NCBI GenBank assembly: GCA_029006735.1
Contig: JAQXGN010000037.1
Coordinates: forward strand, 9,894-73,893
DNA from: Bacillales bacterium
GTDB lineage: Bacteria; Bacillota_I; Bacilli_A; RFN20; CAG-449
DNA length: 64,000 bases
Direction: 5' to 3'
Part shown: positions 45,754 through 54,824 of the stretch, one piece after another
Layout: each line of letters begins with the position of its first letter
Numbering within the stretch: position 1 is the first letter of the stretch
Program-made: the position numbers and the translations under genes
The notes under the pieces: generated by a model
What the model saw: only the letters and a program-made list of their open reading frames with translations
What the model was told of the DNA's origin: nothing
Database searches by the model: none

Positions 45754-46917
45754 ATGGAGTTTTTTCTTTCAATGGTTATGGTAGTAATTATTTTTATTAT
45801 TTATTCAGCAATTATTGTTGTACCATCTATTTTCATAATTAAAAAAGCGAGTTATTTAGAAAATAATCATTCATTTAGTTTGAATCAAATAATCAATAAA
45901 ACTTTCGGTGGATATGCAGGTATTTCTTTTGTTGCGATATATGGAGTAATTTTTTTATCAACAATTTTTAGTGATCTTGCTTCTTATCTTTCTAAAGCTA
46001 TAAATATAAATATATATATTTATGCTTTATTAATTAAATCTATTATTTGGTTGACATTAATTGTTGGTTTAATTTTTTTATTAATAGGATGTATTTTGAA
46101 TAAAAGGAAATTAAAAATAGCTTCATTAATTTTAATATTTGTCTATATTGGTTTAAATTTGTCTGATGTGACCTTTAATATATGTAATTATTTGTTACTT
46201 GTTTCAAACTCAAATCCAATATATGGAAGCTATTATGTTTCATGGGTAAATATTATCTTCTTGGGGAAAGATTTTATTTTATATTTAACTGAATTAGTTC
46301 TCTATATTTTTATATTTATTGAAGCAATCAAGGTTATTAATAATAAACAATTTAATGTTAAACGCTTAAAAGTTTTACCACCATTGATATTATTATTGGA
46401 GGTGATATTTGGATTATTCGAATTATTAATGCCATTTCTTGGCTCTACTGCCGCCTCTTCATCATTATATTTTGCAGAAAAAGAAATAGGAATGATTATT
46501 CTAGTGATTTTAATTTTCAATTGCTTAAATAAATCTATTTTAGCGAGAGAATATCCAAAGGAAGAAATAGGAACTACTTTTACTGGACTTAGTTTTGCTT
46601 ATGAATGTAAAGGATTGGATTTTAATCTAATCAAGAAAAGAAACGAAGTAATAGTTGAAGATATTGTTAATACTGATAATGTTGTTGAAGAAGTTAAAGA
46701 AATTCCTGTTGTGGAAAAAGATAATAAAATTATCGAACCAATTCTAGAAAATAAAGAAGAAAAAGTAGTTAATGATATTCACCCAACAAATCCAGTTATA
46801 AATGAAAAGTTCGATTTAAAGAAAGAACTAATAAAAATAAAAGAATTACATGATTTAGAGTTAATTGATGACGAAGAATATAAATTATTAAAAGAAAGAT
46901 TATTAAATAAAAAATAA
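45754..46917 (+). CDS. Polytopic membrane protein with acidic linker and C-terminal SHOCT-like motif
   Basis: About 8 predicted TM helices, then LIKIKELHDLELIDDEEYKLLKERLLNKK, which resembles a SHOCT short C-terminal domain. GGAGGA lies 7 nt before the ATG. Confidence 0.6.
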   Translation: MEFFLSMVMVVIIFIIYSAIIVVPSIFIIKKASYLENNHSFSLNQIINKTFGGYAGISFVAIYGVIFLSTIFSDLASYLSKAININIYIYALLIKSIIWLTLIVGLIFLLIGCILNKRKLKIASLILIFVYIGLNLSDVTFNICNYLLLVSNSNPIYGSYYVSWVNIIFLGKDFILYLTELVLYIFIFIEAIKVINNKQFNVKRLKVLPPLILLLEVIFGLFELLMPFLGSTAASSSLYFAEKEIGMIILVILIFNCLNKSILAREYPKEEIGTTFTGLSFAYECKGLDFNLIKKRNEVIVEDIVNTDNVVEEVKEIPVVEKDNKIIEPILENKEEKVVNDIHPTNPVINEKFDLKKELIKIKELHDLELIDDEEYKLLKERLLNKK

Positions 46918-46922
46918 TTATT

Positions 46923-46972
46923 AAAAGCATATGTTAGATTTTACTAAGTGAAAAGATACATATGCTTTTTGA
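46923..46972 (+). terminator. Intrinsic terminator
   Basis: 11-bp stem aaagcatatgt / acatatgcttt followed by T residues. Confidence 0.65.
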
Positions 46973-47049
46973 TTTATTAAATCATAGTTCTTTTATTTAA
47001 TTTATAAATACAATATAATATTTATATGCATTGAAAAGGAGACTAAAAA

Positions 47050-47418
47050 ATGAGTAAAAACCATGAAACAAAATTATCTCCTCAAAAGATTGTGGATAAA
47101 GTCTTTCAAGCTGCAAAACATGGATATAATGCATTAGAAGTTGATAAATATTTAGATGATGTTATAGAAGATTATACATTAATGCAAGATTATATTTGCT
47201 CTTTAGAAAAAGAATTGGAAGAATTGAAAAAATCCGTTAAGCTTTATAAGGGGAGGCTAGAACAATCGGAAATTCAAAATGCTATTATGTCAGAAAAATT
47301 GAAAAATATTTCTGATAATGATTCTGCTAGTTTATCAAATATTGATTTATTGAAAAGAATATCAGTATTGGAACAAACTTTATATAAAGCAGGTATAGAC
47401 CCAACAAATATTAAATAA
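47050..47418 (+). CDS. gpsB: GpsB/DivIVA-domain cell-division protein
   Basis: DivIVA N-terminal domain (FQAAKHGYNALEVDKYLDDVIEDY) plus a coiled coil. It is adjacent to rnpB, as I recall for gpsB in B. subtilis. Confidence 0.75.
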   Translation: MSKNHETKLSPQKIVDKVFQAAKHGYNALEVDKYLDDVIEDYTLMQDYICSLEKELEELKKSVKLYKGRLEQSEIQNAIMSEKLKNISDNDSASLSNIDLLKRISVLEQTLYKAGIDPTNIK

Positions 47419-47419
47419 C

Positions 47420-47763
47420 CTTTGATCTGGATAATTGCTGGCGAAATTTATTTCGTTAGAGGAAAGTCCATGCTCGCACCATCTGTGATGATGGTAGTGT
47501 TTGTGCCAAGAGAAAAAATAATCTTGGGTAGGTGGGAGCACCTAACGGCAGAAAGAAACCTAAGTCGTAAGATATGGTCTATTTCTTGAAAGTGCCACAG
47601 TGACGTAGTTTATATGAAAGTATAAAGTGGAACGCGGTAAACCCCTCAAGCGAGAAACCTAAATTTGGTAAGGGAAGTCTAAGTGAAGAAACGAATTTAA
47701 CTTGACATACTTCGGTATAGATAAATAATTATCCTCGACAAAACATGGCTTACAGGATCAAAG
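47420..47763 (+). ncRNA. rnpB: RNase P RNA (type B, Firmicutes-like)
   Basis: P4 strands GAGGAAAGTCCATGCTCGCAC and ACAAAACATGGCTTACAG. P1 pairing ctttgatc-tg (47420-47429) with caggatcaaag (47753-47763). P2 pairing ggataatt with aattatcc. Length is about 344 nt. Confidence 0.9.
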
Positions 47764-47788
47764 ACTCAATATATGAAAGGATAAAAAA

Positions 47789-48400
47789 ATGAATTTGCCT
47801 AATAAAATCACAACATTTCGTATGGTATTAGTTGTAATAATTGATTTTTTACTTCTTTTCCCATGGGCTGATGTAGGAGCCACAGTAATGGTAGAACCAT
47901 TATTTGAACATGGCTTTTCAATTGTATTACTCATTTCTTTTGTTTTATTTTTGACTGCTTCTATTTCTGATTTCTTTGATGGATATTTAGCACGAAAATA
48001 CAATTTAGTTACAACTTATGGTAAATTTATGGACCCAATCGCGGATAAATTACTCGTTGATTCAGTTTTTATTATTTGTGCGATTAAATATCCTAGTTTA
48101 GTTCCTGCGTTAGTAGCAGTGATTATCATTTGTAGAGATTTACTTGTTGATGCATTAAGACAAATTGCTTCTTCTAAGGGGAAAATATTAGCAGCAAATA
48201 TGTGGGGCAAAGCAAAAACTGTTACACAAATGGTTGCGCTTAGTTTTGTTTTATTAAATAATTTTCCATTTAGTTTATTTCAAGAAGGAAGTTCATTTTC
48301 TTACCCAGTAACTGCAATAATTTGTTATGTAGCATCATTAATATCAGCAATATCGGGTATTCTATATTTTACTAAAAATTTGGATGTATTTAGGGATTAA
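47789..48400 (+). CDS. pgsA: CDP-diacylglycerol--glycerol-3-phosphate 3-phosphatidyltransferase
   Basis: CDP-alcohol phosphatidyltransferase motif DFFDGYLARKYNLVTTYGKFMDPIADKL, in the pgsA-cinA-recA synteny block. Confidence 0.9.
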   Translation: MNLPNKITTFRMVLVVIIDFLLLFPWADVGATVMVEPLFEHGFSIVLLISFVLFLTASISDFFDGYLARKYNLVTTYGKFMDPIADKLLVDSVFIICAIKYPSLVPALVAVIIICRDLLVDALRQIASSKGKILAANMWGKAKTVTQMVALSFVLLNNFPFSLFQEGSSFSYPVTAIICYVASLISAISGILYFTKNLDVFRD

Positions 48401-48402
48401 TT

Positions 48403-48864
48403 ATGGAAGCAAAAGTATTAGTGGATAATTTGATTGAAAAAGGATTAACTATCGGTTCTTGTGAATCGTTGACTGGTGGTCTTTTCGCTTCAACTCTTAC
48501 TAGTGTTTCAGGCGTTAGTAAAACATTTAAAGGGAGTATTGTTTCTTACTCTACATTAGTAAAAGAGAATTTATTAGGAATATCGCATAAGTTAGTAGAG
48601 ACAGATGGTGTAGTTTCTTCTAGATGTGCTTATGAAATGGCAAAATCATCATTAAAATTATTGGATGTTGATGTAGCAATTTCTTTTACTGGGAATGCTG
48701 GACCAGATACGATGGAAGGAAAAGAAAAAGGATTAGTCTATATTGGAGTTGCTTATAAAAAGACAATTATTGTAAAGGAATATCACTTTGATGGAAATCG
48801 TGATGAAATAAGAAAAAAATGTGTTGATGCAGGTATGGATTTAATTATTTCCATATTAGATTAG
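48403..48864 (+). CDS. pncC: CinA C-terminal domain only (PncC-type NMN amidohydrolase)
   Basis: LTIGSCESLTGGLFAS motif. At 153 aa, the N-terminal MoCF-biosynthesis domain of full-length CinA is absent. Confidence 0.8.
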   Translation: MEAKVLVDNLIEKGLTIGSCESLTGGLFASTLTSVSGVSKTFKGSIVSYSTLVKENLLGISHKLVETDGVVSSRCAYEMAKSSLKLLDVDVAISFTGNAGPDTMEGKEKGLVYIGVAYKKTIIVKEYHFDGNRDEIRKKCVDAGMDLIISILD

Positions 48865-48909
48865 ACTTATTGTAATAATTAACGATATATATTAGTAGGA
48901 GGAAGTATT

Positions 48910-49914
48910 ATGGCAGAAAAAAATACGACAAAAACAAAGGATGAAAAGATCTTAGAAACATTAAAAGATATTGAAAAAATGTTTGGTAAAGGGTCAGTTA
49001 TGAAATTAGGTGAAAGACCTACTGCAGATTATGAGGTTATTCATTCTGGTTCATTGTTAGTTGATAATATTTTAGGAATTGGTGGATATCCAAAAGGAAG
49101 AATTATAGAGATATTTGGACCAGAATCATCAGGTAAAACTACATTAGCTTTATCTGCGATTGCTGAATGTCAAAAAGATGGTGGAAGAGCAGCATTTGTC
49201 GATGCAGAACATGCAATTGATCCAACATATGCCCAAAGACTTGGTGTTAATACTGATGAACTTATTTTATCTCAACCAGATAATGGTGAACAAGCATTAG
49301 AAATTGTTGAAATGCTTGCCAAATCTGAAGCAATTGATATTATTGTTGTTGACTCAGTTGCAGCTTTAGTGCCTCAAGTAGAATTGGATGGAGAAATGAC
49401 TGATTCGAATGTTGGTGCACATGCAAGATTAATGTCAAAAGCTATGAGAAAACTTGCAGGTGTATTAAATAAAACAATGTGTACTGTAATTTTCATTAAC
49501 CAATTAAGAGAAAAAGTTGGTGTTATCTATGGTAACCCAGAAGTAACTACTGGTGGACGAGCATTAAAATTCTACGCAACTATTAGAATTGATATTCGTA
49601 AAGCAGAGGCAATTAAAGCAGGTGATTCAATTATCGGTAATCAAGTAAATGTTAAAGTTGTTAAAAATAAAGTTGCTCCACCATTTAAATCTTGTAAGTG
49701 TGATTTAATCTTTGGAGAAGGATTTTCTAAAGATGGAGAAATCTTAGATTTAGGTGTTCAATATAATATCATTAAAAAAGCTGGTTCATATTTTGATATT
49801 TTAGGCGTTAGAATGCAAGGGAAAGATGCTGCTAAAAAATATATTAAAGAAAATCCAGATGTTTATAATGAAGTATTAGAAGCAGTTAATGAAGTAGTAA
49901 AAGAACAAAAATAA
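48910..49914 (+). CDS. recA: Recombinase A
   Basis: Walker [17 protein letters not shown], and the [11 protein letters not shown] loop. Confidence 0.97.
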   Translation: MAEKNTTKTKDEKILETLKDIEKMFGKGSVMKLGERPTADYEVIHSGSLLVDNILGIGGYPKGRIIEIFGPESSGKTTLALSAIAECQKDGGRAAFVDAEHAIDPTYAQRLGVNTDELILSQPDNGEQALEIVEMLAKSEAIDIIVVDSVAALVPQVELDGEMTDSNVGAHARLMSKAMRKLAGVLNKTMCTVIFINQLREKVGVIYGNPEVTTGGRALKFYATIRIDIRKAEAIKAGDSIIGNQVNVKVVKNKVAPPFKSCKCDLIFGEGFSKDGEILDLGVQYNIIKKAGSYFDILGVRMQGKDAAKKYIKENPDVYNEVLEAVNEVVKEQK

Positions 49915-49922
49915 AATAGGAT

Positions 49923-49977
49923 AAAATGACTGAATATGTATGAAATAGATTATGAATATTTAGTCATTTTTTTCTTT
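49923..49977 (+). terminator. Intrinsic terminator after recA
   Basis: 15-bp stem aaaatgactgaatat / atatttagtcatttt (one G-U pair) followed by a T-rich tail. Confidence 0.7.
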
Positions 49978-50208
49978 TTATAATTATTGTAATTGTATTC
50001 ATATTAATCGATAATTTTTAAAAAATAAAAAAATGGTTTTTTATTGACTATTATATTTGATATAATAGCAATGTACGTAAGTACTAAAGTTTATTTAGTT
50101 TGTTAATTAAAAAAAGAAATTAAAAACTTTATCAGAATCTTTATTCTCGGCGGATTGGTCAACGAGATTATTAAATAAAGACCATTAATATAAAAGGAGA
50201 TAATATAT

Positions 50209-51870
50209 ATGGAAACATGGCAAATTATTTTGCTTTGTGTTGGCTGTGTAGTTTTAGCTGCAGTATTGACATTTTTAGTTATGAAAGTTATTGCATCTAA
50301 TCAAGAAAAAAACGCAGGTAGCAAAGCTAAATCGATTGTAGAACAAGCATCTGATAATGCAAGAAAGACTCTTGAAGAAGCTAATGAGAAAGCAAGAAAG
50401 ACTCTTGATGATGCAAAAGAAAAATATAGAGTTATTGTTGATGATGCATCTTCAAAGGCTGAAAGTATTACTCGTAAAGCAGAACAAGAAGGAAAACATT
50501 CGATTAATGATTATAAAAGAGAAGTTGAGCAAGATTTAAAAGAAAGAAAAATTCAATTAGCTGCTCAAGAAAATAAAGTAAATCAACGCGAACAAAATAT
50601 TGATCGTCGTGATTTAGCTTTAATTGAAAGAGAAAAACAAATTGAGAAAAAAATCGAAGTTATCGAAGAAAAAATTAAAGAAGTAGAGAAGAAAGATCTT
50701 TTAGCACAAGAAAAATTAGATTCTATTGAGCATGAAATTGAAAAAGTTGCTTCAATGACTGCTGAACAAGCAAAAGAAGAATTGTTCCGTCGTGTTGAAG
50801 ATAAAACAAAACAAGAAATGACAGCCTATATTAAACAACAAGAAGAAGAGGCAAAAGAAACTGTTGAACAAAGAGTAAAAGATTTACTAGGTTTTGCAGT
50901 TGATAAATACGCTCAAGAAGTTGTTTCAGAAAGAACAATTTCAACAGTATCTTTACCTAGTGATGAAATGAAAGGTCGTATTATTGGTAGAGAAGGTAGA
51001 AATATCCGTACTATTGAACAATTAACTGGTGTTGATATTATTATTGATGATACTCCAGAAGTAATTACTGTATCTTGCTTTGATCCAATTAGAAGAGAAA
51101 CAGCTAGACTTGCCCTTGAATATTTGATTAAAGATGGTCGTATTCAACCAGGAAGAATTGAAGAAGTAGTAGAAAAGGCAAGAATGGATGTTCAAAAATC
51201 AACTCACGAAGCTGGATTAAATGCAGCATTTAAGTTAGGATTACCACGTATCAATAAAGACTTATTAGACTTTGTTGGAAGATTGAGATATAGAACATCA
51301 TATGGACAAAATGTTTTAGACCATTCTATTCAAGTAGCATATTTAGCAGGTATTATGGCTAGTGAATTAGGATTAGATGCAAATCTTGCTAGAAGAGCAG
51401 GTTTATTACATGATGTAGGTAAAGCAGCAGATTTTGAACAAGATGGATCTCATGTTGAAATCGGTGTAAAACTTGCAAAAAAATATGGTGAACCAGATGT
51501 AGTTATTAACGCCATTGAATCTCATCATGGTGATTGTGAAGCAAACTGCATTATTTCTCATTTAGTTGCTGCTGCTGATACTTTATCTGCAGCTAGACCA
51601 GGTGCTAGAAGTGAAACATTAGAGAACTATATTCAAAGAATTGAAAAACTTGAAGAAGTTTGTAAATCATTTGAAGGAGTTCAATCTTCATTTGCAATGC
51701 AATCAGGTAGAGAAGTACGTGTTATGGTAGTTCCAGAAAAGATTTCTGATTTACAAGCATATCAATTGGCACGTGACATTAGAGACAAGATTGAAACTGA
51801 AATGACTTATCCAGGCCAAATAAAGGTTTCTGTAGTAAGAGAAGTACGTGCAACAGAAGTTGCTAAATAA
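50209..51870 (+). CDS. rny: Ribonuclease Y
   Basis: N-terminal TM helix, coiled coil, KH motif (GRIIGREGRNIR), and HD domain (HDVGKA). Confidence 0.95.
   Translation: METWQIILLCVGCVVLAAVLTFLVMKVIASNQEKNAGSKAKSIVEQASDNARKTLEEANEKARKTLDDAKEKYRVIVDDASSKAESITRKAEQEGKHSINDYKREVEQDLKERKIQLAAQENKVNQREQNIDRRDLALIEREKQIEKKIEVIEEKIKEVEKKDLLAQEKLDSIEHEIEKVASMTAEQAKEELFRRVEDKTKQEMTAYIKQQEEEAKETVEQRVKDLLGFAVDKYAQEVVSERTISTVSLPSDEMKGRIIGREGRNIRTIEQLTGVDIIIDDTPEVITVSCFDPIRRETARLALEYLIKDGRIQPGRIEEVVEKARMDVQKSTHEAGLNAAFKLGLPRINKDLLDFVGRLRYRTSYGQNVLDHSIQVAYLAGIMASELGLDANLARRAGLLHDVGKAADFEQDGSHVEIGVKLAKKYGEPDVVINAIESHHGDCEANCIISHLVAAADTLSAARPGARSETLENYIQRIEKLEEVCKSFEGVQSSFAMQSGREVRVMVVPEKISDLQAYQLARDIRDKIETEMTYPGQIKVSVVREVRATEVAK
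50359..50408 (+). repeat. In-frame tandem duplication (33-nt period) in the rny coiled-coil region
   Basis: The 17-nt perfect repeat gcaagaaagactcttga occurs at 50359-50375 and 50392-50408. The encoded peptides are ARKTLEEANEK and ARKTLDDAKEK. Confidence 0.85.
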
Positions 51871-51875
51871 AAAAT

Positions 51876-51897
51876 AAGAGACCTAAAGGTCTCTTTT
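51876..51897 (+). terminator. Hairpin (weak terminator/attenuator) between rny and ymdB
   Basis: Stem aagagacc / ggtctctt with loop taaa. The tail is short (TT then A). Confidence 0.45.
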
Positions 51898-51918
51898 ATG
51901 ACTTTTAAAGGAGGGCAT

Positions 51919-52710
51919 ATGAATATATTATTCATTGGAGATATTGTTGGATCAATTGGTAGAAATGTTGTAGCGACAATGATAGAAAAAATCACCAGCG
52001 AAGAACCGATAGATTTTATTATTGCTAATGGGGAAAACGTTACTCATGGGAAAGGATTAAGTGAAGATCATTTCAACGAGTTACTAGATATGGGTATAGA
52101 TGTAGTTACATTAGGCAATCATTATGCTGCAAAAAAAGATATCTTTAATTTTATAGATCGATATGAATGCTTATTAAGACCAGCAAATCTTCATGATTCG
52201 ATTCCAGGAATTGGAAGTAATGTATTTGATTGTAATGGTGTAAAGATTAGGGTAACAAATCTTTTAGGTACAGCATTTATGAATATGAATGTTAATAATC
52301 CATTTGATACTTTACAAAATATAATAAATGAAGATGATAGTGATATTCATATTGTTGATTTTCATGCAGAAGCAACTGGAGAAAAATATGCATTAGGTTA
52401 TGCTTTTGATGGAGAAGTAAGTGCAGTTATTGGTACTCATACACATATTCAAACTAATGACGTCCATCTTCTTCCAAAAGGAACGATAATAATGGCAGAT
52501 GTAGGTATGTGTGGAGCTTTTGATAGTATTTTAGGTGTTGTATCTAAAGATGTAGTTACAAAATCTTGGACAGGATTACCAACAATATTTAATGTAAAAG
52601 AAGATGGAGAAGGTATTTTCCAAGCTTTGATTTTATCTTTTGATGATAAAACATTTAAATGCGTTGATATTCGACCTATTCATGAGGTTTTATTAGAAGA
52701 TACATTCTAA
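51919..52710 (+). CDS. ymdB: YmdB-family metallophosphoesterase (2',3'-cyclic-nucleotide phosphodiesterase)
   Basis: MNILFIGDIVG and GENVTHGKG motifs. AAGGAGGG precedes the ATG at 51919. rny-ymdB-spoVS synteny. Confidence 0.88.
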   Translation: MNILFIGDIVGSIGRNVVATMIEKITSEEPIDFIIANGENVTHGKGLSEDHFNELLDMGIDVVTLGNHYAAKKDIFNFIDRYECLLRPANLHDSIPGIGSNVFDCNGVKIRVTNLLGTAFMNMNVNNPFDTLQNIINEDDSDIHIVDFHAEATGEKYALGYAFDGEVSAVIGTHTHIQTNDVHLLPKGTIIMADVGMCGAFDSILGVVSKDVVTKSWTGLPTIFNVKEDGEGIFQALILSFDDKTFKCVDIRPIHEVLLEDTF

Positions 52711-52752
52711 GAAATTTCTCTCTTACATAAAATTATGTAAAAGGAGAAAAAT

Positions 52753-53016
52753 ATGATTCAACAAATTAAAGTCGCATCACATTCAAATGTTTCTAATGTT
52801 GCAGGAGCAATATCGAATATAATGCGAGAACAGAATTATTTAGAAATTTCAATAGTAGGAGCAGGTTCATTAAATCAAGCAATAAAAGCAATTGCAATTG
52901 CAAGAGGATTTCTTACTCCTTCAGGAATAGAAATCTGTATTATTCCTAGTTTTAAAGAAATTCTAATTGATGGGAAACAGAAAACAGCAATCAAACTTCG
53001 TGTTGAGAAAAAATAA
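52753..53016 (+). CDS. spoVS: Stage V sporulation protein S
   Basis: 87 aa. It is collinear with my recollection of B. subtilis SpoVS (VAGA...GAGSLNQAIKAIAIARGF..PSG...IP.F....IDG...TAIKL.VE). Confidence 0.88.
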   Translation: MIQQIKVASHSNVSNVAGAISNIMREQNYLEISIVGAGSLNQAIKAIAIARGFLTPSGIEICIIPSFKEILIDGKQKTAIKLRVEKK

Positions 53017-53033
53017 GAAATTGAGGTAGTATT

Positions 53034-54479
53034 ATGAGAAAGAAAACAGTTATAAATGCAAAACCAGATTTAAAAAATGCTGCACTTAGAAAAAGAGAAC
53101 CAATTGAATTTATTCGAGAAAAACTTGTTATTTCAACTCGTTTAAGAAATGAAGCTAATGGAAAAAATTTCTTTATTCGAACATATGGTTGTCAAGCAAA
53201 CGTATTAGATGGACAAACAATTGAAGGTATTTTAATGGAGATTGGTTATACTCAAGTTGATGATCCAATGAATGCAGATGTAGTTATTATTAATACGTGT
53301 GCGATTAGAGAGAATGCAGAAGATAAAGTATATGGTGAAATAGGATCATTAAAAGCATTAAAATCAAAAAAACCTCATTCAATAATTGCACTTTGTGGAT
53401 GTATGACTCAACAACCACATATTGTTTCTAAAATAAGAGAAACTTATCCACAGGTAGATATTATTTTTGGCACTCATAATATTAATCATATTCCTCAATT
53501 ATTAGATGAAGCAATCTTTAATCAAACAAGAATTATTGAAGTTTATTCGAAACAAGGCGAAGTAATTGAAGATTTACCATGTCATAGACAAGATAAAGCA
53601 AAAGCATTTGTTAATATTCAATATGGATGTGATAAATTCTGTACTTATTGTATTGTTCCATATACTAGAGGTAAACAACGTTCTAGAAAGAAAGAAGATA
53701 TATTATTAGAATGCAAAAAATTAGTTGATGAAGGATACCAAGAGATTACTTTACTTGGGCAAAATGTTAATGCTTATGGTAAAGATTTAGATAGCAAATT
53801 ATCATTTGCAGAATTATTAGAAGACGTGGCTAAATTAGGCATTCCAAGATTAAGATTTACTACTTCTCATCCTTGGGATTTCACAGATGAAATGTTTAAG
53901 GCAATGGCAACATATAAAAATATTATGCCAGCGATTCATTTACCATTACAATCAGGTAGTGATGATGTTTTAAGAAGAATGGGTCGTAGATATACAGCAA
54001 AAGAGTATTGTGATTTAGTTGATAGATTAAGAGAAATAGTTCCAGGAGTTGCAATTACTACTGATATTATTGTTGGTTTTCCAAATGAAACTGATGAAGA
54101 TTTTGAAAAGACGCTTGATGTTGTTAGATATGTTCATTATGATAGTGCATTTACTTTTATTTATTCACCTCGAGTTGGTACTCCTGCTGCTAAGATTAAA
54201 GATGAAATCTCAATGGAAACAAAACATAAACGTTTTGATAAATTAGTAAAGACTTTAGCAGTTGATGTTAAATCTCATGCTGATGCTTATGTTGGTAAAG
54301 TGGTTCCTGTATTAGTAGATGGATTAAGTAAGAAAGATGGAACAATATTATCTGGTTATACAGATACATTGAAATTAGTTAATTTTACGGGAAATCCTGA
54401 TAATATTGGTAAAATTGTTAACGTTAAAATTACTGAAGCAACTACATATTATTTAAAAGGTGAAGAAGTTAATGGATAA
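53034..54479 (+). CDS. miaB: tRNA-i6A37 methylthiotransferase MiaB
   Basis: UPF0004 domain (TYGCQANVLD), radical-SAM CDKFCTYC, and a TRAM C-terminus. Confidence 0.9.
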   Translation: MRKKTVINAKPDLKNAALRKREPIEFIREKLVISTRLRNEANGKNFFIRTYGCQANVLDGQTIEGILMEIGYTQVDDPMNADVVIINTCAIRENAEDKVYGEIGSLKALKSKKPHSIIALCGCMTQQPHIVSKIRETYPQVDIIFGTHNINHIPQLLDEAIFNQTRIIEVYSKQGEVIEDLPCHRQDKAKAFVNIQYGCDKFCTYCIVPYTRGKQRSRKKEDILLECKKLVDEGYQEITLLGQNVNAYGKDLDSKLSFAELLEDVAKLGIPRLRFTTSHPWDFTDEMFKAMATYKNIMPAIHLPLQSGSDDVLRRMGRRYTAKEYCDLVDRLREIVPGVAITTDIIVGFPNETDEDFEKTLDVVRYVHYDSAFTFIYSPRVGTPAAKIKDEISMETKHKRFDKLVKTLAVDVKSHADAYVGKVVPVLVDGLSKKDGTILSGYTDTLKLVNFTGNPDNIGKIVNVKITEATTYYLKGEEVNG

Positions 54480-54783
54480 GGAAGTTAGAGATAGATTAGA
54501 TCAATTTATTAACGATTTCCTTAATGTTAAAGAAGTAAAACAATTCTTGTTAATTAAGGAAGAGATTTCTCATTCGGAAGAATTAACTTTGTTAAAGGAG
54601 AAATTAAAGCTGAGTCAAAAAGATATGGCGATTTCTATTGGGAAAAAAGATTATAACGAAAAAAAGGATAATTATTTTCAAACAAAAAAAGAATATGAAA
54701 ATCATCCATTAATTGTCAATTATAATGTCTTATTAGATGAAGTAAATTACTTACTTACTGAATTAAAAAATAAACTTTCTTAA
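54472..54783 (+). CDS. ymcA: YmcA/YlbF-family protein
   Basis: Small helical protein in the miaB-ymcA-cotE-mutS position seen in Bacillus. The start is ATG 54472 or GTG 54460. Confidence 0.6.
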   Translation: MDKEVRDRLDQFINDFLNVKEVKQFLLIKEEISHSEELTLLKEKLKLSQKDMAISIGKKDYNEKKDNYFQTKKEYENHPLIVNYNVLLDEVNYLLTELKNKLS

Positions 54784-54824
54784 ATTGAACTCCTATTTCA
54801 TATATTGAGATAGGAGGTTTTTTT

